From positions 225,843-289,842 of the forward strand of contig CAWHSA010000006.1 in assembly GCA_963831855.1 (NCBI GenBank): DNA of 64,000 nucleotides, given 5' to 3'. A program made the position numbers and the translations under genes. Every line of letters begins with the position of its first letter. The first letter of the stretch is position 1. A model generated the notes under the pieces. That model saw only the letters and a program-made list of their open reading frames with translations, ran no database searches and was not told the DNA's origin. The stretch comes from an uncultured Bacteroidales bacterium. Lineage in GTDB: Bacteria > Bacteroidota > Bacteroidia > Bacteroidales > VadinHA17. Shown here one piece after another: positions 20,393 to 30,509 of the stretch.

Positions 20393-20658
20393 AGCATTGA
20401 TTTTAGGTTGAAATTTATAAATCAAGATCTATATGAGATGTGAATAACTTCATCTTCACAATTTAACATTTGACAGCATTACTGTCAAAGTCCTTTAAGG
20501 AGAATCAAATATAGTCAAGATTTCATCGGCTTAAAAGCCTGCTTTGCCAAAACTTTATAAAAAATCCTCCGGCAAACTTATCTGTGCCAGAGGATTAATG
20601 TCAGAAATTAAACTGATGTCAGTCTATTTTATGCCGGTCAAATTCAAAAGGTAATACA

Positions 20659-23600
20659 TTACTTCAAACCTTTACTGACAATGTGGAAGTAGTCATACTC
20701 AACCTCAAAAGGTGTTTCGGGCTGGCTGGTTTGCTGCTGCATCCCGGGGAAATTACCCATTCTGGCTGTTGCAACACCGTCGCAGGCTATCATTCCGGCT
20801 TTTATATCCTTTAACATAATGTCGCAGGTACCAATAGTTTTGAAATTTTTACCATCTGACGAACAGGATGCGGTATAAAGGTTGCCTTTTTTCTCAAGCT
20901 TCAGTATCAACGTATTGTTTTCCTTTATTATGTCTGCCATACTGAGGATCGCAGCAGATGACTGGTAACCTTCCTTTTCAATAACAAGTTCCACTGAGCC
21001 GGGTTGAGTTCCGGCTCCGCCGGCTCCGCCCGGACCACCAAAACCACCCATTCCTCTTCTTCCTCCACCGGCCCTGTAAACCAGCTTTACAAAATTATCA
21101 TCATCCTGGTATGCCAGAATTCCGCCATTCTGAGAGGATCCTGATGGTCTTCTTGAGTATACTATCTTTGATTCAATCGTCCAGTCAGTATTTGCACTCT
21201 GCAAAAGAATGTTCCGGGCATTATTGTTTGCTGCAACGATATCGCCTTTCTCACTCGTGATAACCAGTGATCCGGCTTTTTTGGAGAGACTCCAGTTTGA
21301 AGGATTTTCCCTTACCCAGCTCCACTGCTTGCCCGGAGTACCGATGTTGAATTCATCGCTGACTGATTTTGTCCCGAAATTCACATAATAAAAATTCTTT
21401 TCTATTGTTACATTATCGGTCAGTGTCACAACTGCAGTTCCGGGTATATTCTTAGCTTGTGCAATATCCACTGAAATATCTGTCCCTGCCGGAGTAGCAT
21501 TAACATTTGGGACACCCGAAGCGTCCTTCAGAAGATAACTGTAAGCCTTTACATCAGCACTGAATCCTGTAACATTCTTTCCGTTGACCGTTATTGCTGC
21601 CGGTTTCAGATCAGGCATTACCTTCAAAGGATAACTGTCCGACAATGTATTACCATTAACAGTTACATATGCATATATCGATGCGGTTCCTACTCCCTTT
21701 GCCGTCACAACTCCCTTATCGTCCACACTCGCCACTGATGGATTATTGCTCTTGTACGTCACCTTAGCATTCTTCAGGTTGAAGAAACTGTCGTCCGACA
21801 TGGCTGCCGTAACGCTTGTAAGCACCGTGTTCCCTGGCCTCAGCACCACCTTACCGCACTCAGCTACAACAGTCTTCAATACCGGGTTATAGGTTCCACG
21901 CATCGTTGCCTCTACTGTCCCCCTGATATCTTTCGACGACGCTCCTATCTCAAATATATATCTGCCCTGATCAAATGTTATCCTCTCATTTTTCCCATCC
22001 CAGAACCACAGGTCAGAACAATCTATTTCTATCGGAACTGTCTTGGTCTGCCCTGCTGCTATTGTTACCCTCTGGAAACCCTTAAGCCTCTTTATCGGCC
22101 TCTCCGAAGATGCCGGACTATCAGGGGTCCTTAAGTATATCTGTATTATTTCATCTCCGTCAACGCTACCCGTATTCTTCACATCTACATTCACCGTGAT
22201 CTTGTCATTTGGAGTGATAGCATTCTTGCTTATGCTGAAATTACTGTATTCAAACGTGGTATAGGAGAGTCCGTATCCGAATTCATATGATACAGGCTTG
22301 TTGAAATACCAGTAGGTCCTGCCGTTTTTCCCCTGTCCGCCACGTAAGTTATAGTCGGTTATCGCAGGAAGGTCATTGAGTGACTTGTACCATGTGGCAT
22401 TTAGCTTACCTCCGGGATTCACATCGCCGAATAGTATTTTGGCCATAGCTGTACCCTGAGCCTGTCCGTTAAAACCTGTCCAGATTATCCCCGCCACATC
22501 AGGATTATCCCTGAACTGATCAACTTCCACCATTCCAAGCGACTGAATCACCACAATGGTATTTGGATTAACAGCTGCAACAGATTTTATCAGCTCATAC
22601 TGGTTACCTGGCAACTGGATATTGAATCTGTCAGATTCCTCTCCGGCAGTCCGGTCATCGGTTCCGACAAAAACAAAAGCGACATCCGAGGAAGAGGCCA
22701 GAGCCAAAGTTTCTTTATCGATGGCAGGTGCTTCCTGTGCCCGAAAAACAAATACTACAGTCTGAGGTCCTGTGACACCAAGCGTATTTAATTTAGCCGG
22801 AACAGTTCTTGTTCTCCCGAAACCGCCAAATCCTCCTCCGCCCTGCTGGGCGCCTGAAGCTTTTGCAGTGGCAATCAGATTCCCGGTTGCCGATCCCAGT
22901 CTTACCTCAATAATTCCTCCATCCGGGCTGGAAACATTCAGGCTGAATCTGATTGAATCAACATTGGTAATATCGATATTATTATAGGAAGACCAGCTAC
23001 CGTCATTAATTCCTCTCATTGTGACATTCTGTCCCTGTCGGGCGCCAACAACTATACCCTGTGCGGCGGCATCAAATTTGGATCCATCATAGTCTTTGAC
23101 GGTACCATCACTCTTTACCGTTGAAAATCTTACCAGGGTGAGGAATTCGCTCGTTTTTGAAGTATTTCCACCCGTAATAAATGCAACTTCCGCTTTAATT
23201 TTATTCTGTTCAATATAATTCTTTATACCTGCCAGAGGAGAGACTCTGTTAGATGCTTCGGGCATTCCTGAATATGGCCCGAGCTCCACTCTGTCGGCCT
23301 GCGGACCGATTAATGCAATTTTCTTTAATCCATCTGCCTTTAATGGAAGAGCTTTCCTGCCGGTTTTTGCTACCACGTTATTCTTTAAAAGAACAGGTGT
23401 CTTTGTTGCAATCTCAACAGCCAGGTCGTTATGCGCCGGATCATTTATAATACCCGGCTTAATACCTGCATATGGAACTTTACTTTTGGGATCAAACTCA
23501 CCTATTCTCATCCTTATTGTGAAAACATTAACAAGGGCCCGATCCATATCAGCCTCAGTGATCAGACCCTGTTTTATTGCCTCAAGAGCGCTTGTCTGGT

Positions 23601-24519
23601 ATATGCTGCCGCAATCAGTGTCAACTCCTGATTTTAGCCCCATTGCTGCTGCGTCAGCGCTGCTTTTTGCATAGAGGTGACCCGATAAAATGTCAGAGAT
23701 TGCACCACAATCTCCTGTTATATAACCATCTAACCCGTAAGTCTTCCTTGCAATAGTATCAACAAGATATTTATTTGCCGACATCGGGATACCATTCACA
23801 GAATTGTAACAGGTCATAATTGATGGAAGCTTATCCTTCTCAATAAGTGTCCTGTATGGAAGAAGATAAAACTCTCTCATATCCCTGGTGTCCATATCAG
23901 AGCTTCCGGTATGACGGTTAAATTCGGAGTTGTTCGCGAAATAATGCTTGCCGCAGGGAACTGATTTAAGATAAAGAGGATCATCACCCATCATGCCCTG
24001 GATGAAGCCGCTGCCAATCCGTGATACCAGGAAAGGATCTTCACCGAATGATTCACCAGTTCTTCCCCATCTTGGATCCCTGACGGGCTCAACTACCGGT
24101 GACCAGTAGGTGAGTGTATAAATGACATCATAATTAAAGCCCCTGGCTTCATCAGAAATGACGGAAGTCTCCCGCTTCATCAAAGCAGGATCCCAGGAAG
24201 CTCCAAGTGCAACACTGTTTGGGAATGATGTTGCTGTCTTACCGCTGATAAATGTCCTGCCCATCACTCCGTGAAGGGCTTCGCCCCAGACGTCATAGGG
24301 GTTAATCCCCAGACGAGGAACAGCAGGCATAGTGTTGCCAAGAAGACTTTGCTTCTCCTCGGGTGTCATCCTCGATACAAGGTCAGCTGCCCTTTCCTGA
24401 AAAGAATAGGCGGTGTTCAGGTAAATTGGCTTTTTTGAATTCTCGCTGCCCGGCATGAAAGCCATTATGGCAAAACAGGAAAGAATCAAAAAACAGATTC
24501 TGTAAATTTTTATTTTCAT
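20659..24519 (-). CDS. Multidomain GH3 paralog of the downstream gene, with two glycine-rich low-complexity insertions
   Basis: 1286-aa ORF, collinear with 16589..20392 and highly similar by eye over the whole length (for example KKPIYLNTAYSFQERAADLVSRMTPEEKQSLLGNTMPAVPRLG versus KKPVYLNTSFSFEERAADLVSRFTIEEKQSLLGNTMAAVPRLG). Extra segments are QQGGGGFGGFGRTRT and GGGRRGMGGFGGPGGAGGAGTQPG. Confidence 0.9.
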   Translation of the reverse strand: MKIKIYRICFLILSCFAIMAFMPGSENSKKPIYLNTAYSFQERAADLVSRMTPEEKQSLLGNTMPAVPRLGINPYDVWGEALHGVMGRTFISGKTATSFPNSVALGASWDPALMKRETSVISDEARGFNYDVIYTLTYWSPVVEPVRDPRWGRTGESFGEDPFLVSRIGSGFIQGMMGDDPLYLKSVPCGKHYFANNSEFNRHTGSSDMDTRDMREFYLLPYRTLIEKDKLPSIMTCYNSVNGIPMSANKYLVDTIARKTYGLDGYITGDCGAISDILSGHLYAKSSADAAAMGLKSGVDTDCGSIYQTSALEAIKQGLITEADMDRALVNVFTIRMRIGEFDPKSKVPYAGIKPGIINDPAHNDLAVEIATKTPVLLKNNVVAKTGRKALPLKADGLKKIALIGPQADRVELGPYSGMPEASNRVSPLAGIKNYIEQNKIKAEVAFITGGNTSKTSEFLTLVRFSTVKSDGTVKDYDGSKFDAAAQGIVVGARQGQNVTMRGINDGSWSSYNNIDITNVDSIRFSLNVSSPDGGIIEVRLGSATGNLIATAKASGAQQGGGGFGGFGRTRTVPAKLNTLGVTGPQTVVFVFRAQEAPAIDKETLALASSSDVAFVFVGTDDRTAGEESDRFNIQLPGNQYELIKSVAAVNPNTIVVIQSLGMVEVDQFRDNPDVAGIIWTGFNGQAQGTAMAKILFGDVNPGGKLNATWYKSLNDLPAITDYNLRGGQGKNGRTYWYFNKPVSYEFGYGLSYTTFEYSNFSISKNAITPNDKITVNVDVKNTGSVDGDEIIQIYLRTPDSPASSERPIKRLKGFQRVTIAAGQTKTVPIEIDCSDLWFWDGKNERITFDQGRYIFEIGASSKDIRGTVEATMRGTYNPVLKTVVAECGKVVLRPGNTVLTSVTAAMSDDSFFNLKNAKVTYKSNNPSVASVDDKGVVTAKGVGTASIYAYVTVNGNTLSDSYPLKVMPDLKPAAITVNGKNVTGFSADVKAYSYLLKDASGVPNVNATPAGTDISVDIAQAKNIPGTAVVTLTDNVTIEKNFYYVNFGTKSVSDEFNIGTPGKQWSWVRENPSNWSLSKKAGSLVITSEKGDIVAANNNARNILLQSANTDWTIESKIVYSRRPSGSSQNGGILAYQDDDNFVKLVYRAGGGRRGMGGFGGPGGAGGAGTQPGSVELVIEKEGYQSSAAILSMADIIKENNTLILKLEKKGNLYTASCSSDGKNFKTIGTCDIMLKDIKAGMIACDGVATARMGNFPGMQQQTSQPETPFEVEYDYFHIVSKGLK

Positions 24520-24663
24520 TTTGGGAAAAATTAAGGATTTAACAATAATTTAATAAAGTTAATGCTATTTTACATTCTGATAATAACCCTAAAAGGAAAT
24601 CATTTCACGTGGTGGACAAATATCAGATCAGGTTCTTTAATTATCTGTTAACTTGAAACCGCA

Positions 24664-26184
24664 TTAAAAATCCTGAAACACTGCATCTGTTGCCGGAGCT
24701 TTAATAATCCGTGCCAGTTTGCGGGGATTAAGGTCTACTTTGGAAGTAACCAGCTCAGGCAGATTATATGATTTCATTATCTTAAGATAGTGCCTGGTAC
24801 TTTTCTGAGGCAGCACAAAGGGTTTATGCATCCGGCCTGATGTATCAAAATAAGTAAAATATGGCCGTGTATATAATAAACCATCATCCCTCCTGCTGCT
24901 AAATACTATCCATCTGCCGGTGGATGACCAGGTATGAAAACTTTCAGACTTGTTGCTGTTGATATCCGGTCTGGTCACTATGCCCGTATTTAAGTCAAGC
25001 AGATACAGGTCACTTTCGGGATGCCATATTGTTAAATTGCCGTGTCCGGATTTACAGAAAAGAATATACCTGCCATCGGGAGAAATCCTTGGAAGGGAGA
25101 TACTGCTTAACGAATCTGAAACAATCAGAACAGTGTCAACTGCTCCAAATTTTCGGCTTTCCTGATCAAAAGCGATGCGGAACAGATCATACCGGATCTT
25201 GCTGTGGACATCCATAAAAGTTTCATAATCAGGTTTTTTCAGGACATTTTTAATTGCACAGCAATAGTACAGATAACGGCCATCAGGTGACCATGCAGGA
25301 AAGGTTTCGAGACGGTCAGGATCCGATAATGCACGGCAGCTGGTTATGACATTATTATTTACATCGTAAAGAACAATATTTGAAAGGGTGTCATAAACCT
25401 CCACCGTTCTCCCGGGTATCGAATGATAACTCTGTACAATATTATTTACCGAGAAGGCAATATATTTTCCTGAAGGATGCCAGGCAGGATACATCCCGTT
25501 GGCAATCGTTTTACTGGTTTTGGTATTTATTTTGGAGAGCTTACCATCTTTATAAATTACTGTTCCCGCGTGTTCGCTTCTCATATGAAACATCATAGTT
25601 TTACTGCTGTTCCGGGAAAATGTATGGCAGTTCACGCAGTTTCCGTCACTAACCCTGTTAAGCATAACAGGTGACACTTTGAAGTTTTCGAGATTCCTCT
25701 GGTATATGCCCATAACGTTCCATGTCTCGAATTCCGGATCTATTAATCTGTATACCAGATATTTGTCTATGGAATCCTGCGCCACATAGTTGGTTATTGT
25801 ATTATATTTCACCCATTTTTGAGATTTTTTCACCACTATATCCATATAGAACTCACCTGAAACTGAAGTTGACAACAGTCTGTGCCATTTCTTCTCTGGA
25901 ATTTTTATACTGCCATTTCCTGAACTGACCATAAAGTCAATCCCATTTGAATTATAAAATCTTGCCACATATTTATCAGCAGGTTCATTTATCATGAAAT
26001 TCAGGGGAGCAATGTTCGGCGGAATTGTAACTGATGTATAATCAGGACTTAAAACTGCATTCTCATTTAATTCATCAAATGCAGGCATTTTTTTATTGCA
26101 ACTTATTGCCGATAAAAGAATAATGAAACAAAATGTATGATATTTTGCAATCCCCGCTGTTGTAAGTCTCTTCTTTTCCATCAT
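24664..26184 (-). CDS. Lipoprotein with one c-type haem-binding motif (CXXCH) followed by TolB/PD40-like beta-propeller repeats
   Basis: 506-aa ORF with a lipobox (LLSAISC). It has the motif SDGNCVNCHTF. PD40-like repeats are YPAWHPSGKYIAFS, FPAWSPDGRYLYY, PRISPDGRYILF, HTWSSTGRWIVFSS. Confidence 0.7.
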   Translation of the reverse strand: MMEKKRLTTAGIAKYHTFCFIILLSAISCNKKMPAFDELNENAVLSPDYTSVTIPPNIAPLNFMINEPADKYVARFYNSNGIDFMVSSGNGSIKIPEKKWHRLLSTSVSGEFYMDIVVKKSQKWVKYNTITNYVAQDSIDKYLVYRLIDPEFETWNVMGIYQRNLENFKVSPVMLNRVSDGNCVNCHTFSRNSSKTMMFHMRSEHAGTVIYKDGKLSKINTKTSKTIANGMYPAWHPSGKYIAFSVNNIVQSYHSIPGRTVEVYDTLSNIVLYDVNNNVITSCRALSDPDRLETFPAWSPDGRYLYYCCAIKNVLKKPDYETFMDVHSKIRYDLFRIAFDQESRKFGAVDTVLIVSDSLSSISLPRISPDGRYILFCKSGHGNLTIWHPESDLYLLDLNTGIVTRPDINSNKSESFHTWSSTGRWIVFSSRRDDGLLYTRPYFTYFDTSGRMHKPFVLPQKSTRHYLKIMKSYNLPELVTSKVDLNPRKLARIIKAPATDAVFQDF

Positions 26185-26186
26185 AG

Positions 26187-27961
26187 TCAGTTATTGGGAA
26201 ATTGCAGATAATACCAGTAAGTTTTTCCATATTTTTTCCCAAGCTCATAAGCAGCGGCCTTACGGTCGCTTCTGAACCTGGTGTAAAGCCTGGCATAATC
26301 ATTAAACCTGTCAATGGTCTCCTGTCTGAATGAATATCCTTCAGGAACTATTCTTTGATTTTCATAGAAATTATAGAAGATCAAAGCTTCCTCAATATGC
26401 AAAGGCATTCTGTTAAAGCCATAATATTTCAGATTGAGAGCTTCTTTGGCAAAACCATCAAGGTCCCTGTCAAGAAGTAATGAAGCGAGCAGGTATTCAT
26501 AAGCCATTTTATTTTCAGGATGGTTTTTCAGCAGATCCCGCAGATTCATCCCGTTTACCTCTGAAAAGAAATTAGAGCTGATCATTAAATCACGGTACCT
26601 GGGAAATTTCAGGATCTCTTTCCGAAATGCCGGAATCAGACAGATAACTGATACGCTGCTGAGCCCAGATCCTGTAAAAAAGTGTCTTTCTCAGCAGACT
26701 GAGATACTTTTGTGCAATGTCATTATTTCCGTTTACAATACACCCGACGGCTAATTTTTTCAGGGAACGCGGATTCTGTCCATTGGCTACCAGAGCTTCA
26801 AAAGCCCAGTGTATTGATTCATTATTATATGCCAGCTGAGAGAAAACTTCTCCTCCGAAAAAGAGATTTAAATTACGTTGCCATTTCAGCCTTAATCCCT
26901 GCGAACCGATCTGAGGATAACTGAACATCTTATCCGTCAGGTTTCCGGACTTGTATAAAGCCAGATCGGTATAATAAATCACAAGAGTATTATATCCTGG
27001 GTACCGGTCTGAAAGTTTAAGCAGCTTATCCCATTCAGCCCGCTGAGCATAATGATCAACTCCCAGCATCATATCTGCCATTTTATTATAAGCATGTTTA
27101 TAAACCACAAAAGCCATCAGAACAATTATTACCATTCCAGCAAGAACATTCGTAATGCTCCATGGTAATAACCTGTTTTTAAGGGATTTAAACTTATCTA
27201 ATTAAGAAGCCTGCCAGTAATATTAATGGAGTCCATACAAATAACAAAATAAGTGCATACAGGAATATTGAATGTAATTCAAAAAAGACAGGCCAGGTAA
27301 AGATCTTATCAGGCTGGATATAAAATATAAGGTGAGCAGATAAATAAGGTACCAGAACTCCTGTTACGACATATAAAACGGTAATGATATAACGCTTTCC
27401 CTCTTTCCTGAAAAGTATTTCGTGGAGGACACATAATAAGATAAGAGGAATGGAATAGCCCCCGGTGAGCAGGTAAAAAAATGGCCATCCTGCAAAGAAA
27501 AAGGTATATCGTGATCCTGATTTGCTGATCGATATATATAAAGCAAAGTAAGACAGGAGAAGTAAAAATCCTACCGCCTGTCCGAATGCGAAAAACTCGT
27601 TGCTTTGTAATATTGTCAGGAGCCAAACCGGAACTAATGATAAAACTATATTTTCAACATTATGTTTTTTAAAAATGTAGAATGAAAGTACGAAAACTGC
27701 AAACGCATTCAGTGTATAAATAAATGCCCCAAGCCACGAGGAAATAAAAAACTGGGTGAAAAAGCTGCCTGAATAAAGTGGTAAACCACCCGGTAAGGAA
27801 AACTGTTCTTTAAGAAAATCCAGACTCCATATAAATAACTGGTTTTGTTCAAGATAATTGATATGATACCGGTTAAATAGAGCGAAATACAGGAAGTAAA
27901 TAACAAACAGTATACCTATGAGAACATATCTGATAATTCTGCTTTTTATCTGTCGCATCAT
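26187..27961 (-). pseudogene. Large polytopic membrane protein (DUF6057-like) split into three ORFs by two frameshifts
   Basis: ORFs 27194..27961, 26590..27135 and 26187..26585 are contiguous, co-directional and in three different frames. I checked that the reading frame of the second ORF stays open upstream to 27201, overlapping the end of the first. The frame of the third stays open upstream to 26690, overlapping the end of the second. The N-terminal piece is multi-TM. The DUF6057 label is from memory only. Confidence 0.55.
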
Positions 27962-28094
27962 CAGTAAATAATTCCTCTAAATTAATTAAATAGTAGAATT
28001 TGCCGGTATCCGGTTAATAAATGTTGTCAAATCAGCTTAATCAAATAGTACGAATCCCAGACAAGCTCTGGATTCATAAAACGGTGCAAGCACA

Positions 28095-28175
28095 GAGGAA
28101 CCGAGTTTACGAGCTCGGCGCAGCCAATTAAACCTGGCCTTTGCGTCCGCCGAAGCTTTACGCGAAGGCGGATTA
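28095..28175. repeat. REP-like GC-rich hairpins
   Basis: Two hairpins: ccgag-N8-ctcgg (28101-28118) and tccgcc-gaagctttacgcgaa-ggcgga (28146-28172). They have the same architecture (CCRCC ... GGYGG with a cgaagg-type arm) as a module at 40623-40646. Confidence 0.45.
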
Positions 28176-28392
28176 AAAAGTCCAAAAGAATAAGCGGCTG
28201 TCACAATAGATCAAACAATATGAGTAACTAGTCATTTTCCCCCTTTCTTAATCCTTCCCCTAAGCAATAACTACCCTTTATACACAACTTAAAAAATTTA
28301 CTGAAAAGTATATTCTAAATGTGATAGGAAGATTCCTCATTCATCCTCCTTCGTCGGATTCATTCGGAATGACAGGATCTTTTTTTAAGAGA

Positions 28393-28467
28393 GGGGAAGA
28401 AGTGGCGATTCGCCATTGGTTGTATGTTCTGGATCAGAAATCTTCTGCGAATCGCCACTTCTTCCCC
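28393..28467. repeat. Perfect 21-bp inverted repeat (stem) with a 33-nt loop, nested inside a second imperfect inverted repeat
   Basis: GGGGAAGAAGTGGCGATTCGC (28393-28413) is the exact reverse complement of GCGAATCGCCACTTCTTCCCC (28447-28467). The flanks ggaatgacagg (left) and ccttgtcatccc...gagcgcaagcgagggatc (right) form an outer imperfect palindrome of a type common in Bacteroidota intergenic repeats. Confidence 0.8.
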
Positions 28468-28657
28468 CTTGTGCCCCTCACATGCCTTGTCATCCCGAGC
28501 GCAAGCGAGGGATCTCCTCCTCCAATACCAGGGTTATCAGGAACAAATCTTTAATTTGGATCTCTTTCGCACAAAACAAAAAAAAGTCCAAAAAAATAAG
28601 GCCATAAAAGAAGATCCTTTATGGCCCTATATAAATCAGATGAACATTTTCAGATCA

Positions 28658-30484
28658 TCAATATCCCCAGTTCTGGATAAGCTTCTTATTCCTGTCTATC
28701 ACAGACTGCGGAACCGGATTGAAATACATTTTCTGTGTAAACACGTGAGAATGGTCAAGTGAAACATATGAATATACCCATACTCCGCTGTTATCGGCAG
28801 GAACACTATTCCTGATATCCATTCCGTGGAGCTCTTTGTTCTGCTCGATCATTGCATCCTTCCAGCGCCACAGATCATACAACCTTTTAGCTTCATAGAC
28901 AAGCTCGATTCTCCTTTCACGTTTAATGGCTGTACGCATTTCAGCCTGTGTCATCCCCGGAGCAAGTGCAGGAAGATCTGTTCCCGGCCGTTGCCTGATG
29001 GCATTCATTGCTTCATAAACAGATGCATCCGGACCGACTGCTTCATTCTGTGCTTCAGCATAGTTAAGTATGACTTCAGCATAGCGGTAATAAACATAAT
29101 TCCTGCCATCGAGGTTACCGCCTCTCGGATGAGTATTATCAAGTCTCTTCTTGAAATAGTATGCGGTGTTACCGACATCATCGCTTCCGGGGTCCCTCTG
29201 ATTCTTCGAAGGATTAACTTTATCGACACGTGTATAAATTACATCGGCCGTAGTCATCCAGTCCTGTTTATAGGTAGCACCATCGTAAACTATGAAATCG
29301 TAGAATCTCTTTTCGCGGTTTACATAAGGATTCTGCGGATTATAGCCGGATGCTGCATTTACCGTACCGTCAGGATTGAAAGGAGACAAACCATTTGCCA
29401 TCTGGTAATCATCAACAAGCTCCTGGGTAGGACAGTAGTTACCCCACGTATAGTATGTTCCCTGAATCCATACGGGGCCTCCATACGTATCGAAGGACTG
29501 GGCCATGGTTGTTGCAACATGCTGCCTGTCCCAGATAACTTCTGAGTTGTATTCATTTGCTTCATACCAGAACTGAGACATCGGAGAGAACAGTTTGTAC
29601 TTTCCGGTACCTTTATGTCCGTATGTATCAATGAACAGCTTGTTGGTTGCAGCAGCATCGGCCCAACGCGACAACTTATAGTCTGCAAAAGCCTGCAGGT
29701 TATCGGCGGAACGCGGAACAGCCGGATCGGTTGAATTATATGCCGGGCTCGCTGCAAGAAGCTGCAGCCAGCCTTTCAGGGCGAGCGCTGCTCCAAGCGT
29801 GGCCCTTCCTGCATCAGCATTACCGTTACTGTATTTTATCTCCAGGTAGCCATTTGTAACTATCGAGCTCAGTTCACTGACGATGTAATTGAACGTTTCC
29901 TCGTATGTGCTTCTTGGAAGATACAGTTCGGCTTCTGTCATTGTATTCCTGTCCTGCGGTGTCTGAACAATTACCAGACCTCCGATCCTCGGGAAAAATT
30001 CACTGTAAAAATAGGCCCTGAGGAATCTTGCCTCATCCATACGTTTATTGTACCACGTATCCGAGTACTTTGCCTTGTTTTCAGTTATTTTGGCCATGAA
30101 GGTATTGAGCCTCCTGACCGTCTGATAGAGGGTTGACCAGCCTACATTGCCGGCAGGTCCGCATGTCCCTCCCCATACCTGACCACCGGCGCTGCCGGAA
30201 GCCTCAACTATTCCTTTCTTCCAGTTATAGGAATTATAGTAGAAACCAGCATCATTATCAGATGTAAAGTTATCTATGTTATCCGGCTGATTTCCCTTAG
30301 ATTCGAGCTGACCATAGCAGTTATTCAGGTATATGTCAGCGTTACCTTCGGAAGCCCACATCGTAGCATCAGTTAAGGTCGATTTGCTCGTTGTCTCCAG
30401 GAAGTTATCCTGGTTACAGGAGATGGTAAAAAAGAGCAACAGTCCTAATAATGCAATGTTCCTGATTATTTTATAATTTATCAT
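28658..30484 (-). CDS. susD-like: SusD/RagB-family nutrient-binding outer-membrane lipoprotein
   Basis: 608-aa ORF with a lipobox (FFTISC). It sits immediately downstream of a SusC-type gene. It has the typical SusD character (N-terminal TLTD..., many W/Y/N, C-terminal NPVPQSVIDRNKKLIQNWGY). Confidence 0.9.
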   Translation of the reverse strand: MINYKIIRNIALLGLLLFFTISCNQDNFLETTSKSTLTDATMWASEGNADIYLNNCYGQLESKGNQPDNIDNFTSDNDAGFYYNSYNWKKGIVEASGSAGGQVWGGTCGPAGNVGWSTLYQTVRRLNTFMAKITENKAKYSDTWYNKRMDEARFLRAYFYSEFFPRIGGLVIVQTPQDRNTMTEAELYLPRSTYEETFNYIVSELSSIVTNGYLEIKYSNGNADAGRATLGAALALKGWLQLLAASPAYNSTDPAVPRSADNLQAFADYKLSRWADAAATNKLFIDTYGHKGTGKYKLFSPMSQFWYEANEYNSEVIWDRQHVATTMAQSFDTYGGPVWIQGTYYTWGNYCPTQELVDDYQMANGLSPFNPDGTVNAASGYNPQNPYVNREKRFYDFIVYDGATYKQDWMTTADVIYTRVDKVNPSKNQRDPGSDDVGNTAYYFKKRLDNTHPRGGNLDGRNYVYYRYAEVILNYAEAQNEAVGPDASVYEAMNAIRQRPGTDLPALAPGMTQAEMRTAIKRERRIELVYEAKRLYDLWRWKDAMIEQNKELHGMDIRNSVPADNSGVWVYSYVSLDHSHVFTQKMYFNPVPQSVIDRNKKLIQNWGY

Positions 30485-30509
30485 AGCAGTTAATTTTTAA
30501 ATGTGACAA

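Noticed and set aside
28321-28762. Three overlapping small plus-strand ORFs (77, 63 and 112 aa)
   Set aside because: They lie on the hairpin/REP cluster and run antisense into the SusD 3' end. The peptides (for example VIPSASEGSP) are the well-known translation artefacts of palindromic repeats.
28826-29545. 239-aa plus-strand ORF inside the SusD gene, and similar antisense ORFs inside the GH3, SusC, TonB-receptor and S46 genes
   Set aside because: They are fully embedded antisense to long, motif-supported genes. They have Cys/Arg/Ile-rich compositions typical of antisense frames and carry no recognisable motifs.
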